DNA from: Oscillatoria sp. PMC 1068.18
GTDB taxonomy: Bacteria > Cyanobacteriota > Cyanobacteriia > Cyanobacteriales > SIO1D9
Assembly: GCA_035968095.1 (NCBI GenBank)
Contig: JAWQFW010000006.1
Location: forward strand, 1 to 53,206
Reading direction: 5' to 3'
Length of the DNA stretch: 53,206 bases
Made by a program: the position numbers and the translations under genes. Numbering within the stretch: the first letter of the stretch is position 1; every line of letters starts with the position of its first letter. The notes under the pieces are model-generated. The model was given only the letters and a program-made list of their open reading frames with translations, was not told the DNA's origin and searched no databases. Shown piece by piece: positions 9,098 through 17,382 of this stretch.

Positions 9098-10219
9098 TTA
9101 ACCGGAATTTTGGCTGACTTCCTCGACGCGATTGTTCTCCAAACTAGCTACTTTTTGGGTTGTGGATGCAGAATTTTGCTGAAATTGTTCATATTGACGC
9201 AGGATCAAGCGTTGGACGGCGATAATTGCGGGGTTAATTTCCACGTAGCGTCGTTGAGGGTTTTTGAGATAGGTTTGTTGTTCGCTTTCGACCATTTCGA
9301 TATCTTGGGCGAGAAATTTGAGTAAGACGAAGCGGGGTAACAAGAATTGTAGCGCAGGTTGGAGAGGGCGCAGTAGCCATTGGGGAAGACGAACTTTGAA
9401 GAAAAAGTAGGCAAAAGAACGGCTTTCGGTGGGGGAGATGGGCAAACGCATGAGGTATAAGGTGGAAACACCTTGGAGAGAGGTGTAGTAGTGGGGGTAG
9501 CGATATTGAATTGAGATTGGTAGAGTAGTTGTCTGGTCGGCGCGATCGCTTAATCCTAAAAATTTTGCCATTCGACCTCGATAGGATACGTTATATTCGG
9601 CACAAACACTGTTTTCGGTTTCTTTTAAATTTGTCAACACGGGGTCAAACCATCCTTGCAACCCCCGATGTAGGTAGCCGTGGAAAACGTCCATCGTGTT
9701 CTCGTTACACATGGAAAAATGCGCCTGGAAATGGGCGGAAACCGGAACCATTAACCACTCGTTTTGTTGGTCGAATTCTTTTATTTCTGGCGGTTGCTGG
9801 GTTGTAGCTAAGGAAATCTCGCCGGGAAATACCCAAATTAGGTTATATTTTTCTTGGACGGGATAACTCCGCACTGTCGCGCGAGGTAGCTTTTGCTCTT
9901 TTGGTAAATAAGGAATTTTCACGCATTCGCCACTACCGTTGAATTCCCAGCCATGATAAGCACAAGCAAGATTACAGCCAGTAACATTTCCTTTGTGTAA
10001 GGCAACACCACGATGGGGACATACGTCTGCTAAAGCATGAAGTTTACCCAACTCGTCCCGAAAAATTGCGAGATTTTCTTCCCAAATTGTGACAGCCAGA
10101 ATTTTTTCTGGCTGAAGTTGATTTGCCCAAGCTACGGGATACCAGTAATTTGGGTTAATGCCGACTTCTCTGACTTGGTTGCGGACTATTTGGCTGGTTA
10201 AGGCTGTCTGTAGTTTCAT
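9098..10219 (-). CDS. Rieske [2Fe-2S] non-heme iron oxygenase alpha subunit
   Basis: WYPV, CPHRG...CAYHGWEF Rieske ligands, ENTMDVFHGYLH mononuclear Fe motif, C-terminal QD. Confidence 0.92.
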   Translation of the reverse strand: MKLQTALTSQIVRNQVREVGINPNYWYPVAWANQLQPEKILAVTIWEENLAIFRDELGKLHALADVCPHRGVALHKGNVTGCNLACAYHGWEFNGSGECVKIPYLPKEQKLPRATVRSYPVQEKYNLIWVFPGEISLATTQQPPEIKEFDQQNEWLMVPVSAHFQAHFSMCNENTMDVFHGYLHRGLQGWFDPVLTNLKETENSVCAEYNVSYRGRMAKFLGLSDRADQTTTLPISIQYRYPHYYTSLQGVSTLYLMRLPISPTESRSFAYFFFKVRLPQWLLRPLQPALQFLLPRFVLLKFLAQDIEMVESEQQTYLKNPQRRYVEINPAIIAVQRLILRQYEQFQQNSASTTQKVASLENNRVEEVSQNSG

Positions 10220-10377
10220 TCCTTGACAGTTTGCGATCGCTTGTTGTTTATTGTCTCTTTGTTGTTTATTATTAGTGATTTTTCTGGTTTTGAGTCAAAA
10301 TCTCTTTTCCAAGGAAAAGTCACAAGTTGCTATTTTAGCTTTGTTTTTGATATTTTTTAGGGAAAAATTTATTACTG

Positions 10378-11532
10378 ATGTTTCGAGATCCGAAAATTTT
10401 AGTTTTACTTGCTGTAGGTTCCCTGACGACAATGGCGGGTGGAGTGGTTTCTCCTGTATTGCCAGAAATAATCGAACAGTTACAATTAGATCCGGCTTTG
10501 GCTGGTAATTTAGTTAGTCTACATTGCTTGACAATTGCGCTGTTCAGCCCTTTGTTAGGGATTTTGGCAGATCGAATTGGCAGATTGCAAATCTTGATTC
10601 CTTGTTTGGTTGGTTACGCTATTTTTGGTACGGCTGGGGCTTTTCTTGACGATCTTGCGCCGTTGTTGGTTAGTCGTGGTTTGTTGGGGGCTGCGAGTGG
10701 GGGTATTGCGGCGGCGAGTTTAGGTTTGTTAGGTAGTATGTATGAAGGGGAGGCGCGATCGCAAGCCTTGGGTTATGCTACTAGCACTTTAACTCTGACT
10801 GGGATTGCTTTTCCGCTTCTGGGTGGCTGGGTAGGTTCGTTTGATTGGCATTATGCTTTTTATCTTTACGGAATTGCGTTTCCTCTGGCTTTAATCGTGA
10901 TTTTAACTTTTGGGAAGCGATCGCCCCGAAAACCCAAAACTAAGGTCAAGCCAGATTCTTTCAAACTCAGTACCGTTTTAGCTAACCCAGAAACTCTGCG
11001 ACTGTTATTAACCCTCTCTCTAGCTTCAATTGCGATGTATGCTGTGGTTATTTACGCCCCTATCTACCTCAAACAAACAATTGGGGCTGGAAGTACCCTG
11101 AATGGGATTGTACTGGCTAGCAGAGCCGTAGGAGCAGCGATTATTTCCGCTTTTGGGGCGAAACCCCTCGCGAAAAAAATTGGTGGGGCTGGCGCGATCG
11201 CGTTTGGCTTTGGTTTAATGGCACTAACTTTAATAACAATTCCGGTATTATCTCAACTCAGTTTAATTCTCGTCACCGCCGTCTTTTTTGGCGTAGGATT
11301 TGGCTTAGTTTTACCGAATTTATATAACAGTTTAGCCAATCTTGCCCCCGCAGAATTACGTTCCAGCGTCCTCGCAGCCGGGACTGGCGCAGGATTTTTA
11401 GGTCAATTTATTTCGCCATTACTGTTAGGAATTATTTTAGGTATTAGTGGCTTAGAAACGGTTTTCTATGTCGCCGCAATCGTCGCCATGACTGCCGGAT
11501 TTTTGTTGTTTGTCCCTCGCTTTGAAACTTAG
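10378..11532 (+). CDS. MFS transporter (DHA1-like efflux)
   Basis: Motif A G.LADRIGR, about 12 hydrophobic segments, P.LGG. Confidence 0.9.
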   Translation: MFRDPKILVLLAVGSLTTMAGGVVSPVLPEIIEQLQLDPALAGNLVSLHCLTIALFSPLLGILADRIGRLQILIPCLVGYAIFGTAGAFLDDLAPLLVSRGLLGAASGGIAAASLGLLGSMYEGEARSQALGYATSTLTLTGIAFPLLGGWVGSFDWHYAFYLYGIAFPLALIVILTFGKRSPRKPKTKVKPDSFKLSTVLANPETLRLLLTLSLASIAMYAVVIYAPIYLKQTIGAGSTLNGIVLASRAVGAAIISAFGAKPLAKKIGGAGAIAFGFGLMALTLITIPVLSQLSLILVTAVFFGVGFGLVLPNLYNSLANLAPAELRSSVLAAGTGAGFLGQFISPLLLGIILGISGLETVFYVAAIVAMTAGFLLFVPRFET

Positions 11533-11556
11533 AATAAAATAATCACCGAATCGGTA

Positions 11557-11642
11557 AACGGGCAGCTACACAAACAACGTAATCATGTCGCCAAACCCGT
11601 CAACGGGCGGCTACACGGACAAAGCCCGCCTTCGCGGGCTAG
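11557..11642. repeat. Short dispersed repeat: duplicated AACGGGC(A/G)GCTACAC plus AGCCCGC-CTTC-GCGGGCT hairpin
   Basis: Direct reading of the sequence; the hairpin lies downstream of the MFS gene. Confidence 0.6.
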
Positions 11643-11780
11643 GTTGGTTGAGAATGAGATGGTAAGCTGGTGATATCTTTTGCTTCACTCAGGATGACAT
11701 AAAATAAATTAGTCTGAGATAAATTGCGCTAGAAACATCAACGATAATGTAAGAGAAAATACTGTTGGTTAGCTTGATCT

Positions 11781-12140
11781 CTATAACGGAATATGGGTAA
11801 TCCGATTTTGATAATCGCTTTCGTCACCAGCTTCAGCAATGAAAACAAGATTGTTAATAATTTCTCCGATTGTAAATTTTTTACGCAGGACGAATATACC
11901 AGGACTTTGATGATTTTGTTCTAAATGTTCGGTGAGATGAACGGGCATGGAACGTCGATTATTTGTCAGCAGAATAAAGTTATTTTGTTCGCACCAAAGT
12001 AAAATTTCTGGGTCTAGTGTTCCTTTAGCTGGAGCATCAGGATCGCCTACCATCAAAACAGTTGTTTGAGGAAGATAGCGCCTTAATTGTTCTTGATAAA
12101 GTGGAGGTAAATTTTCATCAATAAGGTATTGAATACTCAT
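11781..12140 (-). CDS. DUF5615 family PIN-like toxin (VapC45-like)
   Basis: YLIDENL, D.EIL.W, ILLTNN, H...H..PGI motifs; 4-bp overlap with the DUF433 gene. Confidence 0.8.
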   Translation of the reverse strand: MSIQYLIDENLPPLYQEQLRRYLPQTTVLMVGDPDAPAKGTLDPEILLWCEQNNFILLTNNRRSMPVHLTEHLEQNHQSPGIFVLRKKFTIGEIINNLVFIAEAGDESDYQNRITHIPL

Positions 12141-12475
12141 AAAATCTTTTCTCGTTCGGCTTTGAGTTGACGCAGGCGAAGAATATATTCAGGTGGGTTT
12201 TCATTTTGCTGTTTTTCTGATTCTTGACAATAGTTTAACCAGTCGGTCATGTATTGAGTAACTTCTTCTTGGTTATGTAAAAAGTAGAGAATAGTCGCAT
12301 AGATTTGTTCTAAAGTTAAATTACTATAAAGGTTAGCAATTGTTTCGGCGGATTGATGACGATAGATATATTCGTATAAGATGGTTTCTATGCCTACTCT
12401 TGTACCTTTGAGTCGAATGTCATAGGAAGTAAGAAATTCAAAGTAATCTTTTAGTTGCATGGTTGATGACTCCAA
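12137..12475 (-). CDS. DUF433 domain antitoxin (VapB45-like)
   Basis: IRLKGTRVGIETIL...LTLEQIYATILY. Confidence 0.85.
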   Translation of the reverse strand: MESSTMQLKDYFEFLTSYDIRLKGTRVGIETILYEYIYRHQSAETIANLYSNLTLEQIYATILYFLHNQEEVTQYMTDWLNYCQESEKQQNENPPEYILRLRQLKAEREKIL

Positions 12476-12476
12476 G

Positions 12477-12758
12477 TTAAGTAATAGTTAGTAGTTGTGC
12501 GTGAGTTTGACGATCTGCGATAAAATCTGCTTCGTTGTAAGCTAAATCGACACCTTTGGCTTGAAGAAAAGCATCAACTTCTAAACGAGTAGACATTCCT
12601 AATAATTCTTTGACTTTACCGACACTGATCGAACCTTCTCGGTAAGCTTCTACGACAACAATTTCTAGTAACCTACGTTCTAAGCTACCCCATTTAGTTT
12701 CTAGTACCTCGGCGATTTCTTCTGGTAAGGCAATTTGAATTTTCATCAATTTTTGCAC
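12477..12758 (-). CDS. UPF0175 family protein (putative antitoxin)
   Basis: AYREGSISVGK..ELLGM.TR.EV..FL...GV.L.Y...D...D; the true start may be the internal ATG (MKIQI). Confidence 0.8.
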   Translation of the reverse strand: MQKLMKIQIALPEEIAEVLETKWGSLERRLLEIVVVEAYREGSISVGKVKELLGMSTRLEVDAFLQAKGVDLAYNEADFIADRQTHAQLLTIT

Positions 12759-12856
12759 GAATTATCTGGCTTATAAATCTATTTTAAGTTCAAGTTACAA
12801 TCGTAGCTATTACTTGTCATTCTGCACTTTGAGCGAGCGAGATAACATCTTTTCCT

Positions 12857-12960
12857 GGTGACGTGGCTCCGCCGTGTCACCTACTCCAGAGGCTCTGCCT
12901 CCAGGAAACTTGAATGGAGGCAGAGCCTCCTAAAACAGTTCCCTGCCGGAGACAGGGAAC
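12857..12960. repeat. Three-hairpin GAGGCTCTGCCTC-type dispersed repeat / MITE-like element
   Basis: Hairpins at 12857-12881, 12889-12929 (15-bp perfect stem) and 12938-12960 (8-bp stem). Confidence 0.7.
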
Positions 12961-12965
12961 CATTT

Positions 12966-13004
12966 AAAAAAAAATTAAGCCGCCCATTTACGGGTTCGGC
13001 TTAA
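12966..13004 (-). terminator. Intrinsic terminator of the hydroxylase-DUF962-amidohydrolase unit
   Basis: TTAAGCCG...CGGCTTAA stem followed by a T-run on the minus strand, just downstream of the stop at 13022. Confidence 0.65.
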
Positions 13005-13021
13005 CAAGATTTCGGGAAAAA

Positions 13022-14410
13022 TTACACGACAGCAGTAGCTAACTTTTCCGGTAAAGATTGACGCAAACGAGATCCATACAACGCTAAAGAGTTACCACCC
13101 AACAACAAACCTAAATGCTCTTTGTCGTAGTCGGCAACATTCGCAGCATCTTTGACACAATTTTCCAAGACACCATCCCAATGTCCGTAGTCACCAGAGA
13201 AACAAGCGACACGCTTCCCAACTTCACCCATCGCTACGGGAAGATATGCGGGGGCGGGGTCATCTGACTCAAAGGAGGTAAAGATTTGTCCGCGTTCAAA
13301 ATACTCCATTGGGTCGCGGTGACGCAAGTCGTAATGTTCGTACAAACTTGCATCATCAATTTTAGTAGGATCGTGGCTAGCGTTCCATAATAAATCGAAG
13401 AGGTTTTTCGCTTTACTAATAATATTGATGTTGTCTTTACCGCCTTTTTCTTGAATCATCAATTTGGTAAATTCCATCAAGGAAGGGCGATAAGGGTTTT
13501 TCGGGTCGAAGTCGCGAATGCGCTTTTCCCAGTGTTCGTGGAAGGCGTGGGCGAGGTCTGGTAGCCAGCCGCAACCGCCTTCTAAGAAGCCGACTCTGAG
13601 GGTGGGAAATTGCTCGAATGCGCCGTCAAAGACCATTCTCGCTAAGGCGTGTTGTTGTTGGTTACGCTGCACGAAAATGTGGGTTAAGACGAAGGTTTCC
13701 ATGTGGTCGGAAATACCACCCATCATGCTAGAACCGGGTCCGCCGTGAATGCCTAAACCGATGTTTAAATCGACTGCGGCTTGTAAGATGGGGCGGAAGT
13801 CGGGGTGGGAAATTGCTTTACAGGTGCGAATTTCGGGGAAAGCGTCGGGGGCTTTGGGATGGGGAACTGGTAAGTTGGGGGCGACAGCGACGCTGATTAA
13901 ACCGAGTTCGTTGACGCAGCGATACATTTCGGCGACAGCCGCATCTACGTCTTGGAGAGGAATTACGCCGATGGGTTTGAGACGGTTGTCGTAGCCTTTG
14001 CAGTCGTCAGCGATATAGTTGTTGTAAGCTTGGCAAAGGGCGATCGCGAAATCTTTGTCTAAAATACTGGAAAAAATTAGGTTCAGCGTTCCGTAGATAA
14101 CTTGGATATCAACGCCTTCTTGCTCCATGTGTTCCAAGCGTACTCGATTAAACATTGCGCCGAGGGTGGTTTCCGGATGTAGGGTACGAAAGCCGCCTTT
14201 TCCTAAACCTTGAGGTTGGGGAAACATTCGCTTGAAGTCGTTTTTCCCGGTATTAGGGTTAAAATCAATTAGTTGCGCCCGTTGATCTCCGAGACTGTCG
14301 ATGACTAAACCAATCCGGTCTTGATATGCTGAATCGAGATAGTCACGTAAAATCAAGGGATTTTCGAGTTTGTGTGCGTCAGCGTCGATGACAATTAAAC
14401 CTTCGTACAT
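13022..14410 (-). CDS. Amidohydrolase_2 family metallo-hydrolase/decarboxylase
   Basis: IDADAH, EGVD.QVIY, AYN.Y, IHGG, F..FP.LRVGFLEGGCGW, SGDYGHWD motifs. Confidence 0.85.
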   Translation of the reverse strand: MYEGLIVIDADAHKLENPLILRDYLDSAYQDRIGLVIDSLGDQRAQLIDFNPNTGKNDFKRMFPQPQGLGKGGFRTLHPETTLGAMFNRVRLEHMEQEGVDIQVIYGTLNLIFSSILDKDFAIALCQAYNNYIADDCKGYDNRLKPIGVIPLQDVDAAVAEMYRCVNELGLISVAVAPNLPVPHPKAPDAFPEIRTCKAISHPDFRPILQAAVDLNIGLGIHGGPGSSMMGGISDHMETFVLTHIFVQRNQQQHALARMVFDGAFEQFPTLRVGFLEGGCGWLPDLAHAFHEHWEKRIRDFDPKNPYRPSLMEFTKLMIQEKGGKDNINIISKAKNLFDLLWNASHDPTKIDDASLYEHYDLRHRDPMEYFERGQIFTSFESDDPAPAYLPVAMGEVGKRVACFSGDYGHWDGVLENCVKDAANVADYDKEHLGLLLGGNSLALYGSRLRQSLPEKLATAVV

Positions 14411-14469
14411 TAATTCTCCTTTAGGGTTGAAATTACCGCCAAAAGCGGATCTTAATTGAAATAAAGTTG

Positions 14470-14778
14470 TTAGTTACTGGTTTGTTGACGAAAAATTTGG
14501 CGTAAACCAAACCAATTGTCAAAAGACCAAGACATCGAAGCGAGAATCACGATACCGGGATATTTTCTAAAGGCTGGTTCGTTTTTCTCGAAAAAGATGT
14601 GTCCGCTAAGGGCGAATACTTGCGTCAAGACGACGCAAATCGCTGTTAAACGCCAATCGATGAATAAACAGATTACCGCCGCGATCGCCACCAGATTCGT
14701 GAGGTGGTGTAAAATTTGGTTGATTGGATGCTGGTGAGAAGCGATAAAATGGGCTTTTGCTTCCTGAAAATAACTCAA
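14470..14778 (-). CDS. Mpo1-like / DUF962 membrane protein
   Basis: H.HPIN..LH and GH.FFEKNEPA motifs; TTG start with AGGAG SD. Confidence 0.8.
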   Translation of the reverse strand: MSYFQEAKAHFIASHQHPINQILHHLTNLVAIAAVICLFIDWRLTAICVVLTQVFALSGHIFFEKNEPAFRKYPGIVILASMSWSFDNWFGLRQIFRQQTSN

Positions 14779-14898
14779 ATTTTGTCTCCTAATTAGCCAA
14801 TAGTTAGAGTTTTCAGCGCTTTAGGGAAGGATACACCAAATTTCTCGTTTCGGACAATTTTTCCTCAATTCGGCGATCGTTGGGCATAACTCAGCGAT

Positions 14899-14947
14899 CA
14901 ACTGACAACTGATAACTGGTCACTGATAACTGGTCACTGATAACTGA
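14899..14947. repeat. STRR-type heptamer repeat (ACTGATA/ACTGGTC)
   Basis: caactgacaactgataactggtcactgataactggtcactgataactga. Confidence 0.85.
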
Positions 14948-14949
14948 AA

Positions 14950-15432
14950 TTACCACCACTTCAGTTGCAAGTAACCAAGTTGATTTGCTCTCAATTCCTC
15001 GTCAGTCAACCATTCCACTGATTTATATGTCCCGAAAATTCGATCCCACCAATCGACCGCTAAACCGAAATTATGATGCCACATATTATATTTGTGATGA
15101 ACATAATGTACAGGCATTTTCATCCAAAAACATTTGGTCGGATTTTCGTGTTGTAGCTGATGAGCATAAGCCGAAAAAGCGGCATAAACTAAACAACCTG
15201 AACACCAACCTAATCCTACATCCCAAGCGAAGAAGAACGGCAAACCGATTGCGATAATACTACCTCGAACATAATCGCGGAACTCCCAGAACACGCCTTG
15301 TCCTTCATTGCGACGGTGATGATCTCGATGACGTTCCCCGACACGAGGATTATAGTGCATTAAACGATGAATCCAGTATTCGACAAAACTCGCCAAAATA
15401 AAAGCTAAGATAAAAAACGCGATCGCTCTCAT
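14950..15432 (-). CDS. Fatty acid hydroxylase/sterol desaturase superfamily di-iron enzyme
   Basis: His boxes HRLMH, HRDHH, H..QH, HYVHH; NFG...WWDRIFGT. Confidence 0.88.
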   Translation of the reverse strand: MRAIAFFILAFILASFVEYWIHRLMHYNPRVGERHRDHHRRNEGQGVFWEFRDYVRGSIIAIGLPFFFAWDVGLGWCSGCLVYAAFSAYAHQLQHENPTKCFWMKMPVHYVHHKYNMWHHNFGLAVDWWDRIFGTYKSVEWLTDEELRANQLGYLQLKWW

Positions 15433-15603
15433 TGCTGTTTACTCCTCACCTCACCATACTACATCTCAAAAATACCAGGGAACTCCCCACTAATTATCTG
15501 ATTCATTACCAATAACCATCCTTCAGCACATACTAAAAAATTTTAGTTTGTACTCCGAAGACTATAATACTTTAAGTTTATTTACAATTGACATCAGCAG
15601 CAA

Positions 15604-17292
15604 ATGACCAACTTATTTTTCTCACTATTGACTTCTTTTAGCGAACGTGCTAAAGATAATTTCCTCAAGAAACTTAATCAGACTCCGACAATTCAAGAAA
15701 AGTTCCTTCTCCAACTCTTACAAGCCCATAAAAACACCGAATTAGGTCAGAAATATCAACTCCAAGACATTAAAACTATCGATCAATTTCGAGAACAAAT
15801 CCCAGTTCTACCCTACGCTAATTACGAACCTTATATCAACCGCATTGCCCAAGGCGCAAAAAACGTTTTAACCCCCGATCCTGTAGTTTACTTAAACATG
15901 ACCAGTGGGTCAACCGGAAACCCCAAACTAATTCCCGTAACCAAACGCTTTCAAAACACATTAGGAAAAGCCAACTTTATCAGCATTGGCTTCCTCTCCC
16001 AAGCCCTCCGTTCTCACGGCTCACAGTTTGGTAAACTTCTTGCCACCAACTCACCCAAACTCTACGGAACCACCGATGCAGGAATTCCCTACGGACCAGC
16101 AAGCACAGGAGTTTTACGCATGGGAAAATGGGTTTATGGACAACTATTTGCCATGCCCTACGAAACCCTCAAAGTTGATGAATTAGTCGCTCGTCATTAT
16201 GTAGCTTTACTCTTTGCTTTACAAGACACCAACCTGCGGGGAATTGGGCAAAACTTCCCCATGTTATTACTACGTTTAGCTAACTATTTAGAAACTTACT
16301 CTGAAGAACTAATTCATAATCTAGAAACAGGAACTATTGCTAACTGGCTACAAATAGAACCCGAACTCAGAACCAAACTAGAAAATATTTTTCACGCTAC
16401 ACCCCAACGCGCCCAAGAATTAAAAGAAATCCTCCATTCCGAAGGAAAATTAACTCCCAAACTCGCCTGGAAAAACCTCTCATTTTTAGTTAGCGCGAGA
16501 GGAGGAACATCAGACTTTTACTTCCAACGTTTTCCAGAATACTTTGGCGATACACCTGGGTTTGGTGCTGTTTATTCTTCCTCAGAAGGTACATTCAGCA
16601 TCAACCATAGCCTCAATGTAGACAGTAGCATTTTAGCAATTGAAAGTGGCTTTTTTGAATTTGTCCCTCAAGATCAATGGTCAGCAGAACATCCCAAAAC
16701 ATTACTTGCAACCGAAGTAAAACCAGGGCGATTATATCGAATTTTAACCACAAATTATAGCGGTTTTTATCGTTATGATATTGGCGATGTAGTTGAAGTA
16801 GTTGGTTTTCACGAACAAACCCCATTATTAGTCTTTCGCTTCCGTCAAGGTGGGATAATTTCTGCGACAACCGAGAAAACAACCGAGTTTCAAGTCACGA
16901 AAGTAATGGAAGCTTTGCAACAAGAATTTAACGTAGCTTTAGAAGATTTTTGTATTACTTTATCCGCAGGTGAATTTCCCGCACGTTATTTAGTTAATAT
17001 AGAATTAGCTAAGGGTCAAAATTTACCAGATTTACCCGGCTTTTTAGCAAGTTTCGATAACAAGCTAAAAGAGGCTAATAGCTATTATGAACTCAAACGA
17101 CGCGACCAAATACAACCTCCTCGCTTGCGTCTGCTTCAACCTGGTAGTTTCGGTATTATCCGTCAGCGTCAATTAGACAAAGGAATGCCTGATTTTCAGC
17201 TTAAGTTTCCCCATACCAGCGAAGATCGAAATTTCTTAGCTGGTTTAGAAATAGAAAAGGAGGTTAGTAGCGAAGAATTGAGTCTCACCTAA
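15604..17292 (+). CDS. GH3 family acyl-acid amido synthetase (adenylate-forming)
   Basis: TSGSTG.PKLIP, YSSSEG, FFEF.P, YRYDIGDVV. Confidence 0.9.
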   Translation: MTNLFFSLLTSFSERAKDNFLKKLNQTPTIQEKFLLQLLQAHKNTELGQKYQLQDIKTIDQFREQIPVLPYANYEPYINRIAQGAKNVLTPDPVVYLNMTSGSTGNPKLIPVTKRFQNTLGKANFISIGFLSQALRSHGSQFGKLLATNSPKLYGTTDAGIPYGPASTGVLRMGKWVYGQLFAMPYETLKVDELVARHYVALLFALQDTNLRGIGQNFPMLLLRLANYLETYSEELIHNLETGTIANWLQIEPELRTKLENIFHATPQRAQELKEILHSEGKLTPKLAWKNLSFLVSARGGTSDFYFQRFPEYFGDTPGFGAVYSSSEGTFSINHSLNVDSSILAIESGFFEFVPQDQWSAEHPKTLLATEVKPGRLYRILTTNYSGFYRYDIGDVVEVVGFHEQTPLLVFRFRQGGIISATTEKTTEFQVTKVMEALQQEFNVALEDFCITLSAGEFPARYLVNIELAKGQNLPDLPGFLASFDNKLKEANSYYELKRRDQIQPPRLRLLQPGSFGIIRQRQLDKGMPDFQLKFPHTSEDRNFLAGLEIEKEVSSEELSLT

Positions 17293-17308
17293 TCAGCGAC
17301 AAATGTTT

Positions 17309-17339
17309 TGTACCAGACGTTGCAGGCAATGTCTCTACA
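17309..17339. repeat. REP-like palindromic repeat copy
   Basis: tgtaccagacgttgcaggcaatgtctctaca. Confidence 0.7.
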
Positions 17340-17382
17340 GGATAATGATGTTACGAATAAACACTTCTAGCTAACAATAACC

